From NCBI GenBank assembly GCA_045657665.1, contig JAZOTN010000030.1, forward strand, positions 38,364 through 102,363: DNA of 64,000 nucleotides. The letters are read 5' to 3'. Numbering within the stretch: the first letter of the stretch is position 1; each line of letters starts with the position of its first letter. This stretch comes from Lachnospiraceae bacterium. Lineage in GTDB: Bacteria > Bacillota > Clostridia > Lachnospirales > Lachnospiraceae. The notes beneath the pieces are model-generated. The model was not told the DNA's origin and made no database searches. It saw nothing but the letters and a program-made list of their open reading frames with translations. The position numbers were made by a program, and so were the translations under genes. This document shows positions 37,314 to 45,489 of this stretch, piece after piece.

Positions 37314-38048
37314 ATGTGGAAAAAGATCGGATTTGTGATATTGATCGCGCTTGCGACGCTGGGAGTGCTTTTCATCATCCTGATGGTGATCCCGGATGAT
37401 TCGGATGAGGGAGGACAGGAAGTAGAAGAGATCATGGAAAAGCAAGCGGAAGAGGAAGTGATCACGCAGCTGGGGGATCTTCTCGACGAGACGGAGGGTG
37501 CCTCGGATGAGGAAGAATACGAAGAAGAGGAGGAAGAGGAAGAACCGGAGGAGAATCTGAGCGCATCGGGATCTGCTGATGCGGTTGCCGTGAACATCCC
37601 GGAATCAGCTCTTTCGAAAGGAGTACTCAGCTTTCAGACCACAACCCTTGACGGCAAGGTGGTCACGGAAGATATCTTTTCGGATGCGGATATTACGATC
37701 GTTTCGATCTGGGGAACCTACTGTCCCAACTGCATTGAGGAGATGCCGGATTATGCGAAGCTTTATCAGGCGCTGCCGGGCAATATCAATCTCATCGGAC
37801 TTCTTAACGATGTTTATGACGGGATCGACTCGAATGTCAGCGAGGCGAAAGAGATCCTTTCCGATGCCGGCGCGGATTTCATGAATCTTCGCACCAGCGA
37901 TGATCTTTATGATATTGTAAGCAGTCTGCAGTATGTGCCGTCTTCTTTCCTGGTGGACAGTGAGGGTCATATCATCGGCGGTGTGATGGATCCGTCGGAT
38001 TATACGAACACGGTGAAGGAGCTAAGCAAATACGTGGAGTTGGAATAA
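37314..38048 (+). CDS. Membrane-anchored TlpA/ResA-like thiol-disulfide oxidoreductase
   Basis: N-terminal TM, an acidic linker (EEEYEEEEEEEEPEE), and a thioredoxin fold with WGTYCPNC (CxxC). Confidence 0.8.
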   Translation: MWKKIGFVILIALATLGVLFIILMVIPDDSDEGGQEVEEIMEKQAEEEVITQLGDLLDETEGASDEEEYEEEEEEEEPEENLSASGSADAVAVNIPESALSKGVLSFQTTTLDGKVVTEDIFSDADITIVSIWGTYCPNCIEEMPDYAKLYQALPGNINLIGLLNDVYDGIDSNVSEAKEILSDAGADFMNLRTSDDLYDIVSSLQYVPSSFLVDSEGHIIGGVMDPSDYTNTVKELSKYVELE

Positions 38049-38162
38049 AAAGATTTAAAAAACGCTTGTAAAAAAAGCAAGAACGGTGTATGCTAACAGT
38101 AGATAACTATCGTTGTCGCTGCCGACAGGGACGTCGGTGAGAGAGTCAAAGGAGTGATGCAC

Positions 38163-38930
38163 ATGAACGTAAACAACAATTTCAACAACAGCATGTACAG
38201 CGCGATCTTCGGCACCAATAACAACTCAAATAACGGTATGTTCGGAGTCGATTTCACGCAGTACGCGTCGATCAGAAACGGAAGCTACCGCAGCGCCTTA
38301 AAGGCCTATTATGCATCCGAAGTGTCCAAGAAGAATACCAAGACGGATGAGAATGGCAACTCGACCATCTCCGGAAAGGATTCCACGCAGGCGCTGACCA
38401 GGATGCAGACCGCTACCAAGGAGCTTACGGAAAGCGCGAACAAGCTTCTTACCAAGGGCAGCAAGTCCGTGTTTGCAACCAGCAAAAAGACGGACAGCAC
38501 CGGCAAGGAGTACGATGCGTACGACTATGACACAGACAAGATCTACAAGGCGGTCAAGGGATTTGTGGATTCCTACAATTCCATGATCGACAACACGGTT
38601 TCCACGAACACCAGTAATATCGCCAGCGCGACCGCAGGCATGATCAACCTGACCGATGAGAACAAAGGGCTTCTCGCGTCCATCGGTATTTCCGTCAGCT
38701 CCGAGGACTATAAACTGACACTCTCGGAGGAGGACTTTAAGAAAGCAGATATGGGTACGGTGAAATCGATGTTCAATTCCACCGGCTCCTACGGGTATCA
38801 GGTGGCATCCCGTGCATCCATGGTGAATTACTACGCAGGAAATGAGATCACCAAAGCAAGCAACTATACAGGCTCCGGAAGCTACAGCTACTACAACGTA
38901 AACGGATCGATGTTCAATTCCTTTACCTGA
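38163..38930 (+). CDS. Hypothetical Asn/Ser/Thr-rich protein with FliD (flagellar cap) C-terminal-domain-like motifs
   Basis: KGFVDSYNSMID and LASIGISVSSEDYKLTLSEEDFKKADMGTVKSMF resemble the FV.aYN and L..iGI....G.L.lD..kl..al....v..lF motifs of FliD_C. I prefer the start at ATG 38163 (RBS AAAGGAG 8 nt upstream); 38154 and 38157 are alternatives. Confidence 0.4.
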   Translation: MNVNNNFNNSMYSAIFGTNNNSNNGMFGVDFTQYASIRNGSYRSALKAYYASEVSKKNTKTDENGNSTISGKDSTQALTRMQTATKELTESANKLLTKGSKSVFATSKKTDSTGKEYDAYDYDTDKIYKAVKGFVDSYNSMIDNTVSTNTSNIASATAGMINLTDENKGLLASIGISVSSEDYKLTLSEEDFKKADMGTVKSMFNSTGSYGYQVASRASMVNYYAGNEITKASNYTGSGSYSYYNVNGSMFNSFT

Positions 38931-38957
38931 TGCTTTGGGGATTACAAAGAGAAATGA

Positions 38958-38988
38958 GACCCCCGTCGCTGACGCGGCGGGGTTTTTC
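38958..38988 (+). terminator. Intrinsic terminator
   Basis: CCCCGTCGC-TGAC-GCGGCGGGG hairpin (one G-U pair) followed by TTTTT. Confidence 0.8.
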
Positions 38989-39017
38989 ATGTAAAATTTT
39001 TTTGGAAAGGGAATTTC

Positions 39018-40163
39018 ATGAAGAATGTGTATGAACTGAAAAAAACCGACGGGCGGGCAAAAAGAGGGACCCTTCATACGGTACACGGCGATATCGAAAC
39101 GCCGGTCTTTATGAATGTGGGAACCGTTGCGGCGATCAAGGGCGCGGTCTCGACGGATGACTTAAAGTTGATCGGAACGCAGGTGGAGCTTAGCAATACC
39201 TATCATCTCCATGTCCGGACGGGAGATGCTCTGATCAAAGAGCTCGGAGGCCTTCACAAATTCATGAAATGGGATCGCCCGATCTTAACCGACTCCGGCG
39301 GATTTCAGGTGTTTTCTCTTGCTTCGCTCCGTGCGATCAAAGAAGAGGGCGTGACGTTCCGTTCGCATATCGACGGCAGACGGATCTTTATGGGGCCGGA
39401 GGAGAGTATGCGGATCCAGTCCAACCTTGCCTCCACGATCGCGATGGCATTTGACGAATGTCCACCGGCACTGGCAGAGCGGAAATATGTAGAGGATTCC
39501 GTGGCGAGGACCACGCGGTGGCTTTACCGGTGCAAAGATGAAATGAGCCGGCTGAACAGTCTTTCCGATACCATCAATCCGGATCAGATGCTGTTCGGTA
39601 TCAATCAGGGCGCGATCTATGAGGATATCCGGATCGATCACGCCAAGCGGATATCGGAGCTCGACCTTCCGGGCTACGCCGTCGGAGGGCTTGCCGTGGG
39701 TGAGACTCATGAGCAGATGTATCACATTCTGGATGTTACTGTGCCGTATCTCCCGAAAGAGAAGCCGGTGTATCTGATGGGGGTCGGAACACCGGAAAAC
39801 ATTCTCGAAGCGGTGGACCGGGGAGTGGACTTTTTTGACTGCGTCTATCCTTCCCGAAACGGCCGCCACGGACATGTCTACACGAATGAAGGAAAGAAAA
39901 ACCTTTTCAATCAAAAATATGAAAAGGATCAAAGCCCGATCGATGAGACCTGCGGCTGCCCGGCTTGCAAAGGGGGATATTCAAGAGCCTATATCCGGCA
40001 TCTCCTGAAGGCAAAGGAAATGCTGGGGATGCGGTTTTGCGTGCTGCACAACCTTTATTTTTATAATCACCTTATGGAAGAGATCCGGGGAGCGATCGAG
40101 GAAGGGCGGTATGCGGAGTATAGAAAAGAGAAAATCGCGAAAATGAAGAATGAAAATTCGTAA
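39018..40163 (+). CDS. tgt: Queuine tRNA-ribosyltransferase (tRNA-guanine transglycosylase)
   Basis: TDSGGFQVFSL, GLAVGE and Zn site CGCPACK...H. The length (381 aa) fits. Confidence 0.93.
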   Translation: MKNVYELKKTDGRAKRGTLHTVHGDIETPVFMNVGTVAAIKGAVSTDDLKLIGTQVELSNTYHLHVRTGDALIKELGGLHKFMKWDRPILTDSGGFQVFSLASLRAIKEEGVTFRSHIDGRRIFMGPEESMRIQSNLASTIAMAFDECPPALAERKYVEDSVARTTRWLYRCKDEMSRLNSLSDTINPDQMLFGINQGAIYEDIRIDHAKRISELDLPGYAVGGLAVGETHEQMYHILDVTVPYLPKEKPVYLMGVGTPENILEAVDRGVDFFDCVYPSRNGRHGHVYTNEGKKNLFNQKYEKDQSPIDETCGCPACKGGYSRAYIRHLLKAKEMLGMRFCVLHNLYFYNHLMEEIRGAIEEGRYAEYRKEKIAKMKNENS

Positions 40164-40232
40164 TATATATCTTAAAACCTTGCGTAATATTTCGCTTATT
40201 GGTGTAATTAATGAAGAAAGAGAGGTGAAATT

Positions 40233-40538
40233 ATGGCAGTGATCAGTCCCGTTTCGGGTTTAAGAAACTATAATACAGTGTTAGACAAAGTGGAATACGG
40301 TTCCCCTGTCTATCTGACTGTGAATGGACGCGGCAGATACGCCATTCGGGATTTAGATACCGTTTTTTCGGATGTACCTAAGGCATCAAGTGACATAGAA
40401 CTCACACATCAATACCTTGATGATTTGCAGGATAAAGTAGAGGAAGTGGCAAAACGCCCTGAGGCGCGACTATATGAGGATTTTGTTTCTCATAGAGGGG
40501 GATTAAAACTATTTCTTGTGATACTTTCCGGATTATGA
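40233..40538 (+). CDS. Phd/YefM-family type II antitoxin-like protein (no adjacent toxin gene)
   Basis: N-terminus ISPVSGLRNYNTVLDKVEYGSPVYLTVNGRGRYAIRDLD matches the Phd/YefM fold signature. The hydrophobic tail LKLFLVILSGL is atypical. Confidence 0.6.
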   Translation: MAVISPVSGLRNYNTVLDKVEYGSPVYLTVNGRGRYAIRDLDTVFSDVPKASSDIELTHQYLDDLQDKVEEVAKRPEARLYEDFVSHRGGLKLFLVILSGL

Positions 40539-40578
40539 TAGACTAATAACTGGAATCCAAGGGAATAAACGGTGTACC

Positions 40579-40730
40579 GCCGGGCTGAGATTGCCGTCTC
40601 GCCCGGCAGGGATGGTTGAATACAGCAACCACACGATACAGACAGGGTCTGCGGCACACGCAAACGTATTGTAGCATATTTTATATGCGTTTACAAAGTG
40701 TTTGAGTAGCCGCAGCACGTTGTTTTTTGT
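40579..40730 (+). other. Structured non-coding region (three hairpins, the last terminator-like)
   Basis: Hairpin 1: GCCGGGC-T-GAGA-TTGCCG-TCTC-GCCCGGC (40579-40607). Hairpin 2: GGTTG-AATACAG-CAACC (40614-40630). Hairpin 3: CTGCGGC (40649-40655) pairs with GCCGCAG (40709-40715), with inner CAAAC/GTTTG pairing, followed by TTGTTTTTT. No credible ORF. Confidence 0.4.
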
Positions 40731-40857
40731 GTCCGACTTTAAGGAGCGGGTACAGGTGTGGAAACATGCTTGTACCCGCTCTTCTTGGATTCTTCTAAAA
40801 GTGTGAATTGAATAGTGTCAGATACAGGATTACAACGTGGCGGAAGGAGGAACTGTG

Positions 40858-43800
40858 ATGAAGAAGATGTGGAAAAGATTTTTGACGGCGGCAATTTGTT
40901 GTGCATTTTTTGGGGCGCAACTCGGATCAGAGCGGATTCTGGCAACGGAGAATGAAAGTGAAACTGTAACCGAAGACGACTCATTGCAGGATGATGGGCT
41001 TGCCGTAGAGGAGACAGAAGATAATGAGAATAATAGCGTGGGTGAGGCGCAAGCGCAGGAAGAAAGCGGGCATGAGGATGACTTAGAAGAGATTCAGGTG
41101 GATTCCGTAGGACGTGGCTCGGTAAGCATGTCAGAGTCGGAATATAACAGCAAAATGAATGCATTTATTTCGGACGGGAGATGGTGTAATGGAAGAGCTT
41201 GGGGCTATTATAAAGAGCCGGAGATGGTGTCGAGGGAGCGCAGCGGTATAGGGTGCTTTGCATATGCATGTGATTTCAGTAAATATATGTACGGTATTGA
41301 TAACTATACGGATGGTGAAGCTTATACAGATATAAATGCTATTCGAACAGGTGATGTGATTCGTGCTCCGGGACATACGTTTGTTGTGCTGTCAAGGAAT
41401 GGGAATAATCTATATACAGCAGAGGGAAATTATGGTCTTACCAATCCATCGGTTTCAATCAGAAACCCAGGATACCAGATCATTGGAGAGTCTTTTTACA
41501 ATCCAAATTCCAGGGAATATTCGACACTGGAAATGGGTTACCATTTTGTAAACGTCACTCAAAACAATTTCAAATACAGCGTTGACAAAGTCGAAGGAGG
41601 ACGTGGTACCGTACATCTCGTCGGGTGGGTTTTTGATGATGTGAATATTTCAAAATCAATACAGATCCATGCATATATCGATGGGGGACCGGGTTCCGGG
41701 GCAGCAGGGTACGCGATTGATGCAAATGTGGCACGGACGGATGTGGATGCTGCCTACCATTGCGGTGCGTTTCACGGGTTTGATTATGTGATTCAGGGGA
41801 TAAGCAGTGGAAATCATGTAGTGCAGCTGTTTGCGAATGATCAATATAATGGTACAAGCAAGAAAATAGGGGAGTATTCGGTGAGCGTTGCCACACCGAA
41901 TGTTTTTAAATATGGCGTAGAGAAGGTTGAGGGAGGACGTTGCTCGATACGACTTGCCGGGTGGGTTTTTGATGATGCAAATATCTCAAGGTCAATACAG
42001 GTCCATGCCTATATAGACGGAGGACCGGGCTCCGGGGCGGAAGGGTACGCAATTGATGCAAATGTAGCGCGGACAGATGTGGATGCTTCCTATCATTGCG
42101 GTGCGTTTCACGGGTTTGATTATGTGATTCAGGGGATAAGCAGTGGAAATCATGTAGTGCAGCTGTTTGCGAACGATCAATATAATAGTACGAACAAAAA
42201 AATAGGAGACTTTTCAGTAAGCGTTGTCGCGCCTCCTGTAATGCGGGATGGAGAAGGTGCCGGGCAGACTGTTCCCGATGGCGACTATCAGATCCAGCTT
42301 GCTGCGTACAATGGAGAATGGACACTTGATGTGCCGGGCGATACAGCGGCAATCAGAAATGGGACAAATGCAGCTATATGCAAAGGTTTCAACAGAAAGT
42401 ATGATGTATTCACTGTGAAATATCTGGGAAATGGCTATTACAATATTCTTCATAAGGGTTCCGGAAAATGCCTCGACATGGGGAGCAGCCTGAAAAACGG
42501 TGGGAATGTATACTTTTATGATAATGGCGGAATAGGACATCTGAATCAACAATGGTCTATATCAAAGGATTCGGACGGATGGTTTCGGATTCGGTCACGA
42601 TGGAGCGGGTTATATCTTGATGGCGGTGGAGATAATTATAATGTGCACCAATGGGAAGGGAAGGAAAGCATTGCAAATCAGAAGTGGAAGTTCCTTTGCA
42701 GTGTAAAATCGGTATCCCTGAATCAGTCAGCAATTTCCTTGAATGTGGGGGAAACGCAGGCTCTGACAGCCACAGTTCTGCCGGATGACGCTTCAAATAA
42801 GAGGGTTTCGTGGATTAGTGCAAATCCAGCAATTGCGACGGTAGACAGTATGGGAAAGGTGGTTGCAGTCAAAAAGGGGAAGACTACTATCACAGTAAAA
42901 ACCGAGGACGGCGGCTATACCGGGACCTGCGCGGTGACAGTTACAGAGAAGCAAAGCGGCATGCCGAATCCGACGACAAATGAAAAAGTAACGGAAATTG
43001 CGCTAAGTCAGGCGGCGGTTTCGATCTACACGAACGAAAATGAACAGAATGCAGTAACACTGACTGCGTCTGTGCTTCCGGAAAACGCATCCAATAAAAC
43101 GCTTGCATGGACATGTGCAAATCCTCAAATTGCATCGCTCTCTGTGGACGAATCAACCGGGAAAGCAACAATCACAGCGGTTTCGAATGGGAAAACGAAA
43201 GTGACGGTAAAAGCAACAGACGGAAGTGCGAAGACAGCCGTTTGTGATGTCACGGTGTCCACAAAAACAGAGGGGATTTCCCTATATTGGGCATCCGGAA
43301 AAACCTTGACAGAAATAGGGGCAGTATCGCTGGCAGAGGGGAAAACCGGGACTCTGAAAGTTGTTCAAAATCCGCTTGGATCGTCAACTGTTCGGATGAT
43401 CTGGTTTTCTTCCGATGCTTCGGTTGCAACAGTTTCGCAATCAGGGTTGGTTTCGGCTAAATCGAACGGAGTCGCTACAATCGAAGCTGTCAGCGAAGAT
43501 GGAGAATATAGTGCGACATGTACCGTAACGGTCTATGAACCGGTCACATCCATTAAGCTCGGAAAAACTGCCTTGAAGATTGGCGAAGGGGATAGCGCGT
43601 TAATCCCTGTAACTGCGGTATTACCGGAAACGGCAACAAATCAGGAAATTGTATGGAGCAGCAGCAACGAAGACGTTGCAACGGTAAGCTCGGAGGGAAT
43701 GGTTACGGCAAAACAGCTTCCAACGGGGAAGCAGACTGCAACGGCAACTGTTACGGCATTGGCAGCGGATGGAAGTGGGAAAAGCGCAAAATGCACGGTG

Positions 43801-45432
43801 ACGGTTGGAAAAGCGGTTTCATCACTTGTGATTGCACCCAAATCGGGAGGCAATCAGCTTGCAAAAGGGAAAACAATGTCCTTGGTAGCGACATTTCAAC
43901 CGACAAATCCCTTAAATAAAACTCTTACATGGGCGAGCAGTGATGAGAATGTTGCGGTGGTCAGTAAAGCAGGCGTCGTGAAGGGCATTGGAGCAGGTAC
44001 GGCAACAATTCGTGCCGTCAGTGAGGCGGGAGAAAAAGGTGCTTCCTATACTGTGCGGGTATATGTTCCGGCAACGGGAATCAAGTTGAATCAGAGCAAC
44101 ATCATTCTTGGCGCCGGGAAAAGCTTTTCTCTTCAGGCGACAACCTCACCCGCGGATGCGTCCGGCTCGTCGATTACGTGGACAAGCAGTGACGAGTCGC
44201 TGGTAACAGTGGATGGAAACGGAAGGGTGACAGCAAATGCGATTCCGCAGGGAAAAAAGAGCGCATCGGCAAAAATCACGGCAACACTTCTTTCTGACGG
44301 CGGAATCAAAAAAGCAGCCACCTGTTCTGTTACAGTAAAGCCGGAGATTGGCGTTACGGCAGTAAAACTGAATAAAACCAGCCTGAAGTTGGGGGAGGGG
44401 AGCGTTTACACGCTTTCTACGTCAGTGTTGCCGGTTACCGCGGATAATACTGCTATTATCTGGAGTACAAGTGACGAAAGCGTTGCGAGGGTGAGTCAGG
44501 ACGGAGTGGTTACGGCGGGGACGGTTCCGCAGGGAAAGAAAACCGCAACGGCAAAAATAACCGCGACGGCAGCAGACGGAAGCAAAAAGGCGGCGTCCTG
44601 CACCGTTACTGTGGGAAACGCGGTTACGGCGCTTGCGATTACAAACGGAAACGTAAGACTTGCCGAGAAAAAGACACTTACACTGAAAACCGTTTACAAC
44701 AGCGGAGACAAAAATACGCCGGTAAACACAGGGCTGATCTGGACAAGTAGTAATGAAAATATAGCAAAAGTCAGCGCAAAAGGAGTGGTAACGGCAGTCG
44801 GAAACGGTACAGCAACAATCACTGCGACATCTGAGGAGAGCCTGGCAACCGGAAGCCAAAAGAGCGCTTCTTGCATGATTACATCTTATGTTCCGGTTTC
44901 AAAAGTGGCACTGAATCGAACCAGTGTGTCTATAGGAAAAGGGAAGACGATTACACTGCAGGCATCTTCTATTCTTCCGGCAAATGCGGCGGATAAGACA
45001 TTAGTGTGGAGTAGCAGCAATTCAAGCATCGCATCGGTAGACAATGCAGGAAAAGTGACGGCGAATGGGGTCGGCACGGCACGTATTACTGTAACAGCAG
45101 CGGATGGAAGCAAAAAAAGCGCTTCCTGTACTGTGAAGGTGCTTGGACGTGTCAGTGAAATTTCTATTGCGGAGACCCGGGGTGGAATTACAAAGAAAGC
45201 AGACGGTTCCTATACCTTAAGCATCAAGAAAGGAAGGACGATGACAGCAAAAGCCGTGGTGTCACCATCCAACGCAGTGGATAAAACGGTTTCCTATCGA
45301 AGCAGCAATCCCTCTATCGCAACTGTCAGCGCTTCGGGACAAATTAAAGCGGTCGGCAATGGAACGGCTGTGATTACCGTGACATCCTCTGACGGGGGAT
45401 ATAAAGCTAAATGCACAGTAACGGTGGAATGA
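40858..45432 (+). CDS. Very large secreted surface protein: signal peptide, Cys/His hydrolase-like domain, 2 x 112-aa repeat, ricin-type lectin, about ten Big_2 Ig-like domains
   Basis: Signal peptide MKKMWKRFLTAAICCAFFGAQLG. GIGCFAYACD...APGHTFVVL is a papain-fold-like Cys/His pair. QxW motifs NQQWSI and NQKWKF indicate a ricin B domain. Repeated ~85-90-aa units (ATVLPxxAxNKxxxWxSSNxxxATVxxxGxVTAxxxGxAxIT) indicate Big_2 domains. I see no LPXTG motif or choline/SLH anchor. Confidence 0.8.
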   Translation: MKKMWKRFLTAAICCAFFGAQLGSERILATENESETVTEDDSLQDDGLAVEETEDNENNSVGEAQAQEESGHEDDLEEIQVDSVGRGSVSMSESEYNSKMNAFISDGRWCNGRAWGYYKEPEMVSRERSGIGCFAYACDFSKYMYGIDNYTDGEAYTDINAIRTGDVIRAPGHTFVVLSRNGNNLYTAEGNYGLTNPSVSIRNPGYQIIGESFYNPNSREYSTLEMGYHFVNVTQNNFKYSVDKVEGGRGTVHLVGWVFDDVNISKSIQIHAYIDGGPGSGAAGYAIDANVARTDVDAAYHCGAFHGFDYVIQGISSGNHVVQLFANDQYNGTSKKIGEYSVSVATPNVFKYGVEKVEGGRCSIRLAGWVFDDANISRSIQVHAYIDGGPGSGAEGYAIDANVARTDVDASYHCGAFHGFDYVIQGISSGNHVVQLFANDQYNSTNKKIGDFSVSVVAPPVMRDGEGAGQTVPDGDYQIQLAAYNGEWTLDVPGDTAAIRNGTNAAICKGFNRKYDVFTVKYLGNGYYNILHKGSGKCLDMGSSLKNGGNVYFYDNGGIGHLNQQWSISKDSDGWFRIRSRWSGLYLDGGGDNYNVHQWEGKESIANQKWKFLCSVKSVSLNQSAISLNVGETQALTATVLPDDASNKRVSWISANPAIATVDSMGKVVAVKKGKTTITVKTEDGGYTGTCAVTVTEKQSGMPNPTTNEKVTEIALSQAAVSIYTNENEQNAVTLTASVLPENASNKTLAWTCANPQIASLSVDESTGKATITAVSNGKTKVTVKATDGSAKTAVCDVTVSTKTEGISLYWASGKTLTEIGAVSLAEGKTGTLKVVQNPLGSSTVRMIWFSSDASVATVSQSGLVSAKSNGVATIEAVSEDGEYSATCTVTVYEPVTSIKLGKTALKIGEGDSALIPVTAVLPETATNQEIVWSSSNEDVATVSSEGMVTAKQLPTGKQTATATVTALAADGSGKSAKCTVTVGKAVSSLVIAPKSGGNQLAKGKTMSLVATFQPTNPLNKTLTWASSDENVAVVSKAGVVKGIGAGTATIRAVSEAGEKGASYTVRVYVPATGIKLNQSNIILGAGKSFSLQATTSPADASGSSITWTSSDESLVTVDGNGRVTANAIPQGKKSASAKITATLLSDGGIKKAATCSVTVKPEIGVTAVKLNKTSLKLGEGSVYTLSTSVLPVTADNTAIIWSTSDESVARVSQDGVVTAGTVPQGKKTATAKITATAADGSKKAASCTVTVGNAVTALAITNGNVRLAEKKTLTLKTVYNSGDKNTPVNTGLIWTSSNENIAKVSAKGVVTAVGNGTATITATSEESLATGSQKSASCMITSYVPVSKVALNRTSVSIGKGKTITLQASSILPANAADKTLVWSSSNSSIASVDNAGKVTANGVGTARITVTAADGSKKSASCTVKVLGRVSEISIAETRGGITKKADGSYTLSIKKGRTMTAKAVVSPSNAVDKTVSYRSSNPSIATVSASGQIKAVGNGTAVITVTSSDGGYKAKCTVTVE
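41566..42237 (+). repeat. Direct tandem duplication, 2 x 336 bp, inside the surface-protein gene
   Basis: The period is exactly 336 nt. An 80-nt tract is identical between copies (41758-41837 and 42094-42173), while the flanks have diverged. Confidence 0.9.
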
Positions 45433-45489
45433 GAAAAAAACATTTGTACCCGTTTTTTGGATTCCGTAATTAACAAGGAGAGAAAGCAG

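Noticed and set aside
36000-37445. Minus-strand ORFs (267 and 213 aa) antisense to the C11 peptidase gene
   Set aside because: They are shadow ORFs. The plus strand has the clostripain His/Cys motifs and a signal anchor.
38298-39086. 262-aa minus-strand ORF overlapping the FliD-like gene and the tgt start
   Set aside because: It crosses a strong plus-strand terminator and the tgt RBS, has Gly/Arg/His-rich composition, and has no motif.
40500-40512. GGGGATTAAAAC resembling the end of a CRISPR repeat (reverse of GTTTTAATCCCC)
   Set aside because: It occurs only once, with no array and no cas genes in the window.
40545-40857. c-di-GMP-I/II riboswitch upstream of the giant adhesin-like gene
   Set aside because: The context is attractive, but the conserved GEMM-I (GGCAAACC...GACGCAAAGCC...GGGUC) and GEMM-II cores are not present in the right order. 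It is reported only as unclassified structure.
40533-41164. Small minus-strand ORFs (61 and 141 aa) in the region upstream of the surface-protein gene
   Set aside because: Their composition is Pro/His/Ser/Leu-rich and they have no RBS. They overlap hairpins and the 5' end of the well-supported plus-strand gene.
41570-42352. Paired minus-strand ORFs (108 and 148 aa, and 62-aa pairs) within the 336-bp duplication
   Set aside because: Their similarity to each other merely reflects the DNA duplication. They are antisense to the coding frame.
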